Assembly (NCBI GenBank): GCA_008632985.1
Contig: QPGO01000011.1
Location: forward strand, 434,001-498,000
Source: Psammoneis japonica
Lineage: Eukaryota
Reading direction: 5' to 3'
Length of the DNA stretch: 64,000 nt
Made by a program: the position numbers and the translations under genes. Below the pieces are notes generated by a model that saw only the letters and a program-made list of their open reading frames with translations, did not search any database and was not told the DNA's origin. Positions 1 through 12,193 of this stretch are shown one piece after another (position 1 is the first letter of the stretch; every line of letters begins with the position of its first letter).

Positions 1-1780
1 CGCGTTTGTGTTCTAAGCCAAGAGCTGTGTGGATTTGGTGGTGGAGGGTCCTCTCATTCACAGTCTTGGTGCTCACACATGACCATCTGACACACTCGGA
101 GCGGGCAGACTGACAAGGTGTCGGATTGCGGGTGACGGAAAACCTTCCTTCCTCGATGTTGTCAATGGCTCCAAGTGGCCCATTTCCACATTTGCATTGT
201 TTGGTGGTTGGATCTTCTTCTTCTCCAAAGGTCATGAACCAAATCTGAAGCACATGGTGTGTTTTTTGTTTGGGGGAGGGCTCAAGCAATTTGCGCCAAG
301 GAACATGCTCAAGTTCTCACGATCTTGTGCTTTTCCGTCCGGTGCATTGTCTGGAGCAAGCCAAGGTTTGAAGTCATTCTCTGGCTCGGATCCCATGGTC
401 CAATGGCCACGTTCTTGCTGAGAATCATTTGGATCACTTCCAGAGCTTGTTTGCAACAGTTGCAGCTGTTTTGAGTGGTTTTTCCATGGGAGGGATGGCG
501 AGGAATGCGTTGCAGCAGATGTCACAATGTTCGACTTCTTGCTCGTCTTCTTTCACAGATTCTGTTTCTTCATTTCCTTTTCTTCCTGCACAGGTTCCGA
601 CTTGTCCCTGGTGATTTGTGACTTTTCTGTTCCTGTTTCGTCATTGTCAGAGGAGACATCTCCCTCCTCCTGAATTGTTGACGAATCCATGTGGTTTTTG
701 CTTGTTGGATTTTCGGTCGGATCATCCTCCATGTCCTTGAGCAGTTCTTTGTCATCAGAGGGTTCACCAGTGTCAGAGTCTTCTAAGACTTCTAGTTGAT
801 GAAAAATGTCTTGAGCAAATCCATCATCCCAGGTCTGCTCTTCTTCATCTTTGTCATCTTTCATGTGTTCTTCATCTTTAAGAATGTCCGTTTCATCTTC
901 GGAGTGTGTCATTTTTGTCTTGCTTCTGGCGTTGTGGTCATGAATTTGCAGCGCAGCAAGGTTTTCTGTGGCGCATGTTTTTTCTGCAGAATTTGCACCG
1001 GGGTTCTGCGGTGGTTGGAGACCCACCATGTCTCTTGTTCTCGTCATTTGCTGCTTCTGTTGGAGAATTTGCTTGACCATTTTGTCCTTTTCCTCTTTTC
1101 TTGTCGGCACCTTTGTGTGGTGAGTTGTTCTTTTTACTGCCGGAGGTGCGTCGTTTGTTGTTTGCCATGGGGCAATTTTTTTAGCTTGGTGTTTGCACGC
1201 ACGTGCGAGTTGTGGCATCTCCACACATCATTGTGCCGCGTCAGAAACCATGCGGAGTCGATGCTCATGACCAACATGCAAATGCCTTTGCCCATTTTCG
1301 TCATGTGCAGAAGGGGCTCGGGCACCAAACCTTCCCTGGTGCCTCGCCTTTTTCTTCGGGCACACCATTTTCTTGCTCTTTTTGTGATGATGGAGACCTG
1401 TTGGCACACACCGCCCAGCGCACTCAGTCATGCCCCCCCAACAAGCCAGGGGCTGCGAACAATTCCACGAAAACACCTTCGACATTCTCAATGGCAAAGC
1501 CAATGATTTGGGGAGAAGCCAAGCTTGAGCCGAGAAGGCCATTTCTGCCATCAAAACCGTCAAGTGGGCGCACCACAGTTCTCGGCCGGCTTGTTTTCTG
1601 CGTGACCTGGTGCAACCCAAACTTGTGCAGGTTCAGCGCATTTTGCCCTGTGGAACAACTTTTGGGAGTGTTTTCTGGCTCGCGGCTCAAAACAACACGC
1701 AAAATAACACGGACGATGGCGTTTCGCTGATTTCAAAAATGCGGTTGTAGTGTACGGTGCTCTCAATGGAACATCACACG
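1..1780 (-). mobile_element. Degenerate TpA-depleted repeat/transposon fragment, truncated by window start, with remnant acidic ORF 553..1224
   Basis: Only a handful of TA dinucleotides in 1-1740; Tyr-free ORF remnants; segment ~1560-1780 is homologous (inverted) to ~51170-51395. Confidence 0.6.
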
Positions 1781-2043
1781 TGGCCGATCAATCAAGAAAA
1801 CTGACGGACAGACTACTCTTTCTTACTCAGTAGCTAACACTGTAGTGTAGAGTAAGGCTAAGTGCCGGTAGACTACTACTACTGCATGCTACCTATGCCC
1901 GCCGGCCTCCCGAAGGAATTCTGCGCGTCGTCGCTCGCTTCACGACGTTGCTCATTGCTCATCGCTGATGATAACGCCGCAACCCGCAACAACATCATCT
2001 TGTCGCTGCCGCTGCTCGCACTTTTTGTAAGAAGGACGAAACC

Positions 2044-2358
2044 ATGTTATCGTTGACGGTAAGAAGCTCGTCAAGGAGGATAAGCCCACTCAAGAGATCC
2101 TTTGTCACTCGCACGTTGCCTGTCAGCGAACGCGTGCCCATGATTCAATTTCTGGGCAAGGAAGGTTGGGCAATGCGAAAGAGCGGCGTGAAGACAACAC
2201 CCGGCCCGAATGGGACGACGATAATTCACAGTGATCAAGAGCCATCGTACGGGCGCCCGTCGTTTTCGGAAGCCGAAATGGAGGCACTTATTATGGGAGG
2301 GGCAAGCATTGCGCCTAGTGTGATTTCACATTCCAATGGTGCTCAGTTCAAAATTTGA
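2044..2358 (+). CDS. KGD4/MRPS36(YMR31)-like small mitochondrial protein
   Basis: Arg/Ser-rich presequence, RVPMIQFLGK motif and C-terminal FSEAEMEALIMGGA, matching the two conserved blocks of this family. Confidence 0.6.
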   Translation: MLSLTVRSSSRRISPLKRSFVTRTLPVSERVPMIQFLGKEGWAMRKSGVKTTPGPNGTTIIHSDQEPSYGRPSFSEAEMEALIMGGASIAPSVISHSNGAQFKI

Positions 2359-2920
2359 AAGACTTGTCGGTTTTCGGATTTCGGCGAGATCAGGAACATC
2401 AATCATTTCCTATGGATACGAGTGGTGGATTGATTTCAGGTATTGTGGAGGTATCGAATGAAGTACGGAGTTTCTCTTCTCAAGTCAGATGTAATGCTAG
2501 TGTAGCTCGCCGATACCGATACACAACGTTCTTCTACTTCAACAAATGTTTCGTTGCCGGAAAGCGTTCTTGCTATATCGTTCGAACTCTAATGACAAGT
2601 TCTTGCGCAGATATGGATTTAGTCCTGCGTTTGGGGTCCTATGCAGAAGCTGTATCTGGAAATAAAAGCTGAAAAGGGCGGGATTCCTATTTTAACAATC
2701 GATCTCTTCCTTCTTACCTAAGAGCGTGGCTGCAGCCAACGAAACCAACCACTGTTTTACAAATGCATTTCTACTGGTCCACCACGCCAAACCGAAAACG
2801 ACTTTTACTTTTCTTCTTTCGATGACGCAACTATAAGGATGTTACTCACATCCACGCAACTCGAGTTTGCAACGCGGAAAATGCACTGCTCGTGTCGAAT
2901 GGGATTCTAAATTTCCACCT

Positions 2921-3886
2921 CTAATTCTTCTTGTACTTTTTTGATGCAAAGCTGGTGAAGAGCAAGATAAGGCCCACTGCATACAAGTCCATCGTGAATG
3001 CAACCCCCCGCGATACTTGGGTGTCACAAGCCTCACCCTTAATCACAACTCCAAGTGTCCAACAAATCCCAGATATGAATTGTACAATCTGCGCCATGGT
3101 CAGATACCGTACAATTTTTATTTCTTTCTGAGGACGTATTGTCTTGATGAAAAAATATGTGTACATGAGAGTGTGTATGACACTGTTGAGCAGCACCACA
3201 ATCAAGAGCCAGGCCGAATGACTAGCGACTGCGCCCCACATGCAGACGACCACTCCCACGTGGTGATACAGCTGCAGAAATGACGGCTTCTTCCTCTAAT
3301 GTGTAGGATAGAAAAGTTTTGAAGTTTATCAGAATGAAACAAGGAAAGAGTGAGTCACAAGTGCGGGGTTGATAAGGAGCTATGGTATGAGGCAGTCACA
3401 GACCTTCAAGATCAACACCCAAGTGTCGACGAATTCATAGTACTTTGAAAGATAGAAAATCGTTGCCCATGCGCCGTAACCAGAAGCTACCCAAAACTGA
3501 CCATCTTGATCACAGTAGATGGAATCAAAGCCATGATTAGAATAATGAACAAATGCAATCAACCAAGAGTTGTAGGCCACCACGAGAGAGAACACCGCCA
3601 AAGCCATGTTGTGAACCGCAACCGCATATTTGAAAGTAGTAGATTTGTTTCCTTGAATTTTTAGGGAATTAGCTATCCATGTCAGCGCCGGTTCCGACAA
3701 GATATAAGCCACCACTAACAATATCATCCCTTCTGGACGCATTGTGAATGCCAGCCATGTGGGTTCGGGAAGCCGTTCATACGGGAACCCAAGGATGTCA
3801 GACACTAGTTCAATGAGAGGTTTCTCATCACTTGAAATGGGTAGACGGGGGCGCCACACTGGCATTTGATGTAACAAAGAGCTCAT
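2921..3886 (-). CDS. ELO/GNS1-family fatty acid elongase, 2 exons (3886-3404, 3295-2921)
   Basis: FYLSKYYEFVDT, spliced KRKKPSFLQLYHH, NSVIHTLMYTY, TMAQIVQF motifs; phase-0 GT..AG intron joins the two ORFs. Confidence 0.9.
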
Positions 3887-4244
3887 GGTGAGAGCTGTTA
3901 TTGAGCTATCGTTGTGTTTGCAACGATGAGTGTCGTGGTATCTTTTTGATCTTGCGCATGATGTTTCAGGTGTCACGTGTTTATTTTCGCGCCAAAAGAA
4001 TTGGTCCGTAGGTTGTACGTTTGATTCGACAGGAGAAGTGTTCTTGACGCCTTGCCCTTCCTTAATCTCTCAAACCACAAGCTCTAGAGAGACCATGCAT
4101 TTGGCATTTTGACATCCGCCAACTCCATCTCTGCATAGTTCCATTTGTCCTACTTTGATCGATTACGGCTTTTACTTAACGAAACCTAACTTTAATGGAT
4201 AAATGTAGCTAAATCTTGTGTGTTGTCACCTTGGGGAATTTTCT

Positions 4245-5646
4245 CTATGTGCGGCGAAACACAAAGGTGGAACGTCTGCGCTGATGCTCCAGCCCACTGT
4301 CATCACCATCACGGATACGAACGATTTCCTTCTTGAGAATTTTGGTAACGTTCTCCATACTGTGCCTCTGCGAAATATCTTCCGACCAACCTCTCTTGAG
4401 CAAAATCTTGAGCGGAACAGGCCACTCCTCCTTGATAAAGGGACGCTTACCGCCCTTTACCACTTTGGTCGTGAAACTCGACATGGTGTAGGCAAGGAAG
4501 GGTGTCTCCAACGCCAGCATTTGCCACAACATGATGGAGAAACTGTACGTATCGACAGTAAAGTTGTACGGCTTACCCAGAGCAACCTCGGGCGCCATGT
4601 AACGCATCGAGCCCGTGTCCCCCGTCATATTGTAAGTGTCACACTCCATGTTGTAGCTGTTGTCTCCGTCCTCTACCTTCATTTCGGGCAACACCTCTTT
4701 TGCTAATCCAAAGTCGAAGATTTTCACGTCTCCCCTCACATCGAACCCTTTGGAAAGCAAAACAAAGAAGCGACCGATTAGTTTGAGACTCAGTTTCTGG
4801 CTTGAATCTATTGGAACAAACATTCAGCAGCTGATAACTTACCAATGTTCTCGGGTTTCAAGTCTCTGTAAACGATGCTAGTCATAACATGGCAAGAGAG
4901 CAGAGTAAGTTCCCAACGTAATTGCCTGCTTGTACACAAAAGCCGCAAGCCACTTACCTGCGCGCGTGAAGGTATGCGAGCGCCGCACTCAAGTCAAAAG
5001 CGACAACGAGCCTTTTCTCCATAAGCTCGTTGGCTTTCTTACCCTTGCGGTCTGACAACTTGCCCGCCAATCCTTTCTGGTTTCTGGATTTCTTCTCCCA
5101 CTTTTTGATGCGTTGCTCGAGAGTATCGTACAACCTATCCATGACAATAAAGTACTCCTCATGGAAAGGATCGACGGTTGCCAGGGCTCTCATCTTGACA
5201 ATGTTGGGATGCTCAATGCTCGACAGAAAACGTGTTTCAATGGCCATATCCATAATACCCTGAATAAAGAGGGCAGGATCTTCCACGTTCTCCTTGGATA
5301 GATACTTGACAGCGTACCGCGCATCGCCACCGTTACGAATGCAGTGCTCCACAATAAAGTCACGTCCCTCCATTTCTCCGGCTTCCACTTGATCATCCTC
5401 CATGCCGCGCTTGCTCTTGCTCTTTTCCTTGACACCACCAATCTTGAAGCCCAGGATTTCGTTCACGGTACAGAAACCACCCTTGCCGAGCACCTTGCCC
5501 ATCTTTAGTTCACCCTTGGTGAACTTGGGGAGGGCCTCCGATAAGTCATCGACCTTGGATTTCGCAAACACCTCTACAACTTTCTTTCGTGCAAAGTCGG
5601 ATCCGGCTTTACGGATAGAGGCGTTGGACTTGGGTTTGTCGGGCAT
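4245..5646 (-). CDS. Protein kinase (diatom-expanded TKL-like), 3 exons (5646-4958, 4877-4843, 4747-4245)
   Basis: LGKGGF loop, YAVK, YRDLKPEN on a micro-exon, DFG, GSMRYMAPE; splice phases are consistent. Confidence 0.9.
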
Positions 5647-6224
5647 GCTGCTTTTTCAGGAAGAGGGGACTGAAGAAACACAACACTCTCAGTGTCAACT
5701 CAGATTTCTGTTGCTGAATTTGCTGAAGTGAAGTGCTCTGTGCTCTTTTATTGGCACCTGCTTTCTGGATGATAATGCGCGACTGTAAAATTCCGCGAGT
5801 GGTTGTGAAGGCTGAATCTTTCTTTATGTCCATGCTACGTAGAAATTGTACAGCTTCCTACGTCGATTTTTTTCGCCTGCGTCACTTCAACAAAGCCAAA
5901 CTGCCCTCTTGTTTTTGATTGGATGTTGAAGCGAGTTGATGTTGATTGATGCGTGGCATCCGTCGAGGGAGGATTAGGAATGGCGCTACGAGAGCCAATC
6001 AGAATTCAGCATTTGGGATTTCTACTTATAGGGGGCCCTCGGAAAGTCGAGGACTTTCCGACTAATTAATTAACATTTTTTCGGAAAATCTGACGCAATC
6101 ATTTATAGACGAGGAGGCTGAGACAACTCTCCAAAATCAGACACAAGAATCAAAATGATGCGGAGACCGAAATCATCTTCTTTTCGCGCCACGGAAAAAC
6201 ACAACAACACAGACTTCTGTCGCG

Positions 6225-9200
6225 ATGAGAAAAATTCTCTCACAAAAAAAACCCACGAGAGAGAAAAGTACAATCTCTACTGGTGCTTCGATGATGACCG
6301 ACGTTGAAGAAGAATCAGCTCCACTAAAAGTGGCTACACAGCAGCAGCTGCATCCTTTCTTTATCAACATGGGCATTCAATCCCAGAAGCGCAAAGGCTC
6401 CATTAAAACGAGCAAAAGTCAAGCGCAGACACGTAAGAAGCGCACGCAACAGAGCGATTTAAGTGGGCGCAAGGTGCCAAGAGTAGACGACGGAACAAAG
6501 AAATGCAAGAGGTGTGAGAATGGGCCTACATACCATCATGGTCACGATCCCACGTGCAAGTTTTCGAAACGATGCATGCAAATCAATGTCACCGCGGCTA
6601 CGAAAGATGCAGAGCGACGGGAAAAAGAGCTCCATGAAAAGAACAATACGATCCCAGCCGCCCCACAGAAAGGAGTTTCTACCATGGAAGACCATTTTGA
6701 AATTAAAGAATCAAACAGTCGAGCTCCATTGCCTCCTCCCGGTGATTCAAACTTTTGCAAGCCCGTGAATCTGGGAGCGTCCAGTTCTACCGTCGCAAGC
6801 AACCCGAATCTTTTTGATGCCGCAAGGAATACAAAATTCTCGGTTGAGACGTTGAAAAAAGAGATTCGAGCACGAGTGAAAAAGTATGAGAACTCGGAGG
6901 AGAAGACAAAGTGCCCGGCTGCAGTGAGTGCTCTTATCAGTTATCTGTTGGATTCTGTCAAGCCCAGATTTGATCAGGGCAGCAACACGTATCCTGTTGC
7001 TACAGCAAAAAGCACTAAGCTCAAAGAGATTCTGGAGGTCAAGGATGGTACCTTTCCGCCTGGTACAATGTCGTTTCAAGTTCCCAAGGATGACTGCACT
7101 TCACCGCCTGATTATCACTACCACCAGCTGCAGGGTATGACAATGTGCATCGTTTGTTGGGAGCTGAATTGTCCTAACATCTACATTTCCTGTATTGACG
7201 GAGAGTGTGACGGGGAGATGATTCATGACCATATGGACTTTACTCGATACGGTGGGGCGACGCCAATTTGTTGCATCAGCGGTAAGACTCATGTGGCAGT
7301 GTCAATGTGGCATGAGTGCAACAAATGCAAGACGCGATGCAAGGGCAACGACGGTCGACTGCTACACAAGTTACCAAAAAGCCTTCAATCATCGTATCCA
7401 ACTGAGCCAAAGTATGCCAGCGCAACCAACAAATGGCACCTTACAAGGGAAACCACAAGGCCATTTGAATCCTTTCTTGTCACGTGCGCAAACGGCGATA
7501 AGTTTTCTCACACGCTACACCAGATGCGAGCTGCCTATTTCGAGGATCTCCAGAAAGAGTATTGTCAACGAGCCAACGATGAATCAGGTGACTGGATATC
7601 TTTCTACGAGTGGATTGGCAGCTACAGTCCATCAGGTTCTGCGATTCTTGATCTTTATGATGAATCTGGCGCATCGGAATTGACAGCTCTTGATACGTCA
7701 TCATACTCCAGATGTACAAGATTGATCCAGATGGTGGGAGCATCAATGAGCGTGGCTTCTGACCACACTTTTCAAATTCTCAAGAATTGTACAAAGAAAG
7801 GTGGTGGAGCGGCGGCAGGACTATTTACCATGTGCAACGAAAAGGGACAGGTTGGAGTTGCTTGTCTGACACCGACGTTGGAAGCAAAAGATTTTGCTCA
7901 CGCAGCCGAGCAGTTCGCGAGGCGAAAGAACGTGCGTCCAAAAATCCATTACAGCGACACTTGGCCGAATGAGTCATCGTCATGGAAGGTGTTATTTGGA
8001 GGTTACATAGTATGCCGTTTGGGTCTCTTTCACTGGATGCACCGTATTGTACAGACACTTCGAAAAGACCACGTCGACTATCATCAAGCAGTTCGGGACC
8101 TTCGAGCTACAGTTTCATACACTGAGTGGTCGGACCGCCAAGCAGCAATACAAGCCCTCAAGGATGGAACTCTCAATGGCAAAAAGCACACGGATGCAGA
8201 AATAGATGAGATCATCCATTCTTCCAGGTGGAAGCACTACTCAGAATACATGCGCATTTGGAGGCATCCGCTGGAAAAGAGAATCAGCTTGCTTGACGAT
8301 TGGCACGCCCGACACAAGTGTACGGCTTCTGATGGATCGCGACCCGCTGGGGGACGTCTTGATCCAAACAGTGGTTTGACACTCTTTACAAGTGATACAA
8401 AGGATGCCGTGGCAAATGGAAGAGAAACATCCAAGGGATTGGACGTTCCAGTGCCAAAGTCAGAGCAGCACTGGCCAGTGGCTCCATCGCTCCGTTCAAG
8501 AGCGAAGCTGGTGAAGTGGCGGACATTACTCGGGCCGGAGTCAAAGTTGGAAAAGGCTCATGATTCGCTGGCTCATTATGGGAACTGTGGGATGCGAGAT
8601 TCATTGATGGATTTGATCACTCTGGAAGGTTTGGTTCTCTACAACGCTGCAATTGAAGAAAAGGAACGCGTTGAACGAATGAATCCAGAGACTCGAGCAA
8701 AGATTCCATGCGATTTTCGGGGTGTGGTTACTCATCGGAACGTGCTCAATCTAATCGAAATCAACAAGCTAGCAACAAAGAAGGGGAAGAAAGCGCCCTG
8801 TCCAGATGTAAGGGAACTCGAGGCGGACACCGGCGAGCGTTTTCTGTCCAAGTACCTGCGGGAGCAGAATGCTAGAAATGAAACAATTACTCCACACCCG
8901 GAGACGGATCGATGTATGTGCAACATCTGTGGGACAAAGCCAGTGACAAATCCATACAAGCGAACAACAAGATCAGTTGTTGGAAACGGCAACGATGGAG
9001 AAACTACAGCAGTGGCAAGCGTTCGACCGGCTAGTGGTTTTGTGGAAATTGTGGCGGCTCCTCAGGTGGGGGTTGAATCTATGTGTGTGAATGACACACC
9101 ATTACTTAACGCGGCTCACGTTCGAGTCGAGGAGCAGTTCAACATGTTGCAAGCCGTGAGAAGCGCCCTGTCACAACAAGTTGCCATTGCATCGAGCATG

Positions 9201-9476
9201 AGCGCATCCCTCCCATCTGTTCCATGTCAAGTGCAACCGGCTCTTTCAAATCTTAATGATCTGATACGGGATCAGAGGAAGCAAGACATTGATCCATGCT
9301 GTTGTCCTGTCTTCCTACAATACAAGCTGCAGCAAAGCTACAGTGTGACGGGGTGCCGACCAAGAGGTCGACCAGCGCATTCTAAGGATTGCCCAAAGAG
9401 ACAGCAGTCAAGGAGGCAGATGTTATCATTACTAGGCATACTTTATGTGTTGCTACTTTTGTTGACATTCTCGTGA
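6225..9476 (+). mobile_element. Intronless 1083-aa putative DDE transposase (Mutator/IS256-like, DUF6729-like) with Cys/His zinc-binding clusters
   Basis: Motif order SDHTF...NEKGQV...HYSDTWP...RLGLFHWMHRI...SKLEKAH resembles D..D..(D/C)xxH..E transposases; CxxC/HxxxC clusters at both ends; TIRs not identified. Confidence 0.6.
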
Positions 9477-10810
9477 GATAGCTACTACTCGTAGAAGCGA
9501 TCTAGCCTAGAGACGCACAGTAGTGTTTTCGAAACAGAGCTGAGTTTCCATGAGTTACGAATTCACTATTTTATTTCTTATCTACCACACTTCTATAACT
9601 ATTGGTTGTTGTGTCCTCCACATACTTCATCACAATACCACACTCAAATGCCACCTTTCAAGGGCAGGTGAACCCTATCGCAACGGAGATTCGGGTCTGC
9701 GGCGGTTGAAGGCACTCCCGTCCTTGGAAGCACCAGTCAACGCCTCACCGGGGGGCAACCCCTTGGCTCTCGTTGGCCGTCTCAATGTTCAGAGGTGGGG
9801 CCACATGAACATTATTGCAGAAAAAAAATTACCGAGGCGCTGCTGCAGTCAGCAACCTCGGCAGTAGCCCGTGTTATTTAAAGACGAGGGCAACCTCGTC
9901 TGCCGCTTATACACGGACTTTTCCAAAAGTGGTAGATTGTAGATTACCAGCCAAAACAAACCACACCCACAACCAACATGTGACATCCATTCCATCATAT
10001 CCCGGTCAACAGCGCTTGTGGTACCGCCGCACTCAGCAATTCCAATGAACCCTGAAAAGCCACCACTCCAACAACTTCTAAAGCCTCGTCAACGAAGGGT
10101 GAACACTCGGCTGAAGCCAAAAGGCAACAATACAAAGCATCAGCATGAGAGACGCCATGAATGATCAATGCTTAAGGAGGGCTCTTCAATCTGTCAAGAA
10201 CGAACAGAAATTGCAACGCAAGAGCGGTGAGAGACGAGTTCAAAAAATGGAAAAAGTGCCAAGCATTTCTTATCCATTTTTCACGTTTTTCATACATCTC
10301 TTTTCGTATATTCATTCATCAGAGAGAGTTTTAATGCGTGCTTTGTTGTCACAACAGTATCACAAGTGACGGCGACAATTTCGACTACCGGCTCTTGCAG
10401 CTCTCATGGTCGATTTTTTGTGTGGTGTCGGAGGGAAACTCCTGAATTGCGTAGATTTCTACGTAAAATTCATACTAGAGATACTTCAACACTACAATGT
10501 CTCGATCTGTGTCACCACACCAAATTACTTCAACATGGGAGCACCCGGAGATCTGACACATCGGGTGGTGAAACGGGAGAAAGAATTGACGATGGCTCTT
10601 CAAACCACTTCTGCCTTTTAGATCAAGCTCGCTGCCCTCGCAACCCCTTCCTCTCTCCTTCCTTTCTCTCCTCCTCCTCCTTCTTTCTCCTCTCCCCTCC
10701 CCCCCTCTCTTGGAGTCACTAACCCCCCCAAAATCGGCAGCAGATACCAGATGCCAAATGCCACGAGCAACGAGCACTTGAACATGAGCAATTGGTGACT
10801 GACAGACATC

Positions 10811-11509
10811 ATGAACAAGACAGTCGCTGAGCTACGCAAACCAATCATTGCAGTATTCTCCGGGAGCTGTCGAAAGGGAAGCCTAAATACGAAGCTCGCC
10901 TTGGCGGCAGAAAAGGTGGCGGTCGGGTTGGGAGCACAAACCAAGTGCATCAATCTTGGATCTTACGAGCTGCCCCTCTACAATCAAGATGACGAGGCGG
11001 ACAAGGGGATGCCATCAAACGCTATGAAACTCAAGGAGGAGTTATCATCAGCAGATGGATGGATTATTGCTAGTCCCGAGTACAACGGATCCATTACGCC
11101 CCTTGTTGTCAACGCATTTACGTGGTGTAGCCGTGGTGACCCAGAAGGATCGCCCATGTACGCCACATTTCATGGAAAGTCTGCAATAGTTCTTAGTGCG
11201 TCTCCTGGCGCCATGGGAGGTATGAGGTCGTTGAATCCTCATCGTCAGTTGTTACAAAACTTGGGAGTGAACGTGTTGCCCGCATCGGTTGCTGTAGGAG
11301 GCGCCTTCAATGCCTTTGATGACACTGGAGCCTTGACGGATGCACGGCACAAATCCATGCTTGAGGCCGCAGTCAGTGATCTTTATTACCAAACGAGAGA
11401 CAAAGCGAACCGCGAAGCAACGTGTGATTTAATCCGTGCCAGCACGGTGGGAGAGTGCGGAAATGTCGACGTGGCTCAACAGTGGTTTTTGCCAATGCAA
11501 GCATCATAG
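10811..11509 (+). CDS. NAD(P)H-dependent FMN reductase (ChrR/SsuE flavodoxin-like)
   Basis: SGSCRKGSLN, LPLYNQDDE, ASPEYNGSI, SASPGAMGG motifs. Confidence 0.9.
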   Translation: MNKTVAELRKPIIAVFSGSCRKGSLNTKLALAAEKVAVGLGAQTKCINLGSYELPLYNQDDEADKGMPSNAMKLKEELSSADGWIIASPEYNGSITPLVVNAFTWCSRGDPEGSPMYATFHGKSAIVLSASPGAMGGMRSLNPHRQLLQNLGVNVLPASVAVGGAFNAFDDTGALTDARHKSMLEAAVSDLYYQTRDKANREATCDLIRASTVGECGNVDVAQQWFLPMQAS

Positions 11510-12193
11510 TAGATTCAATGTTGAATCATCATCCTACCGATGGACGGGTTCACATGTAACTGCATTTTCGACGTAACGAAGAGCACCACTCTCTCTCTCT
11601 CTCTCTGTCAAGCGTGTTTGATCTCTCGAATTTTTCGGCTCTTGCCCACCAATGAGGAGGGGGAAACGCGTCTCGTGTGAGTAACATTGTGATCCCAGGA
11701 AGAAAGCTGAGAGTCATAGCTACTGTCAGGGTCTCTGGAACTTCGATGAGTTGGATCCGCGACAACTACCGTAACAGAGGAATACCGGTAAGAGAATAGA
11801 AAATCTGTCTGTGTGCACAATTTCCATCCGAGGCAATTGCGACTAATTTTTTTGAAATTTCAATGCAATGTGAATGAACACACATCTGTAATAATGCGTC
11901 ATCGGCGGTAACGACAGAAGCTCGAGCGATGTGCGTGCGATGTTGTGATGACGATCCTCATTCCTCATCATGGCACTATTTATGTCGGCGTGCCACGCAA
12001 TGCAAACAACCCACGCCACAACCATCAACAGACATTGCCACACGGGATCATACCCTGGCACATGTCCTTCAGCCTGAAGCCTTCAGTGCGTTGCCGACGC
12101 CGACCACCCATTGATTTGTCTGTTCTTGGGCGTTCGTTGGGGGCTCTCTGACAGATGCAATGGTGATGATTGCGCGGCTGATGGTTATCGCCT

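Noticed and set aside
6030..9930. Terminal inverted repeats for the transposase-like element
   Set aside because: Only short matches (agacgagg/cctcgtct); no convincing TIR or TSD by eye
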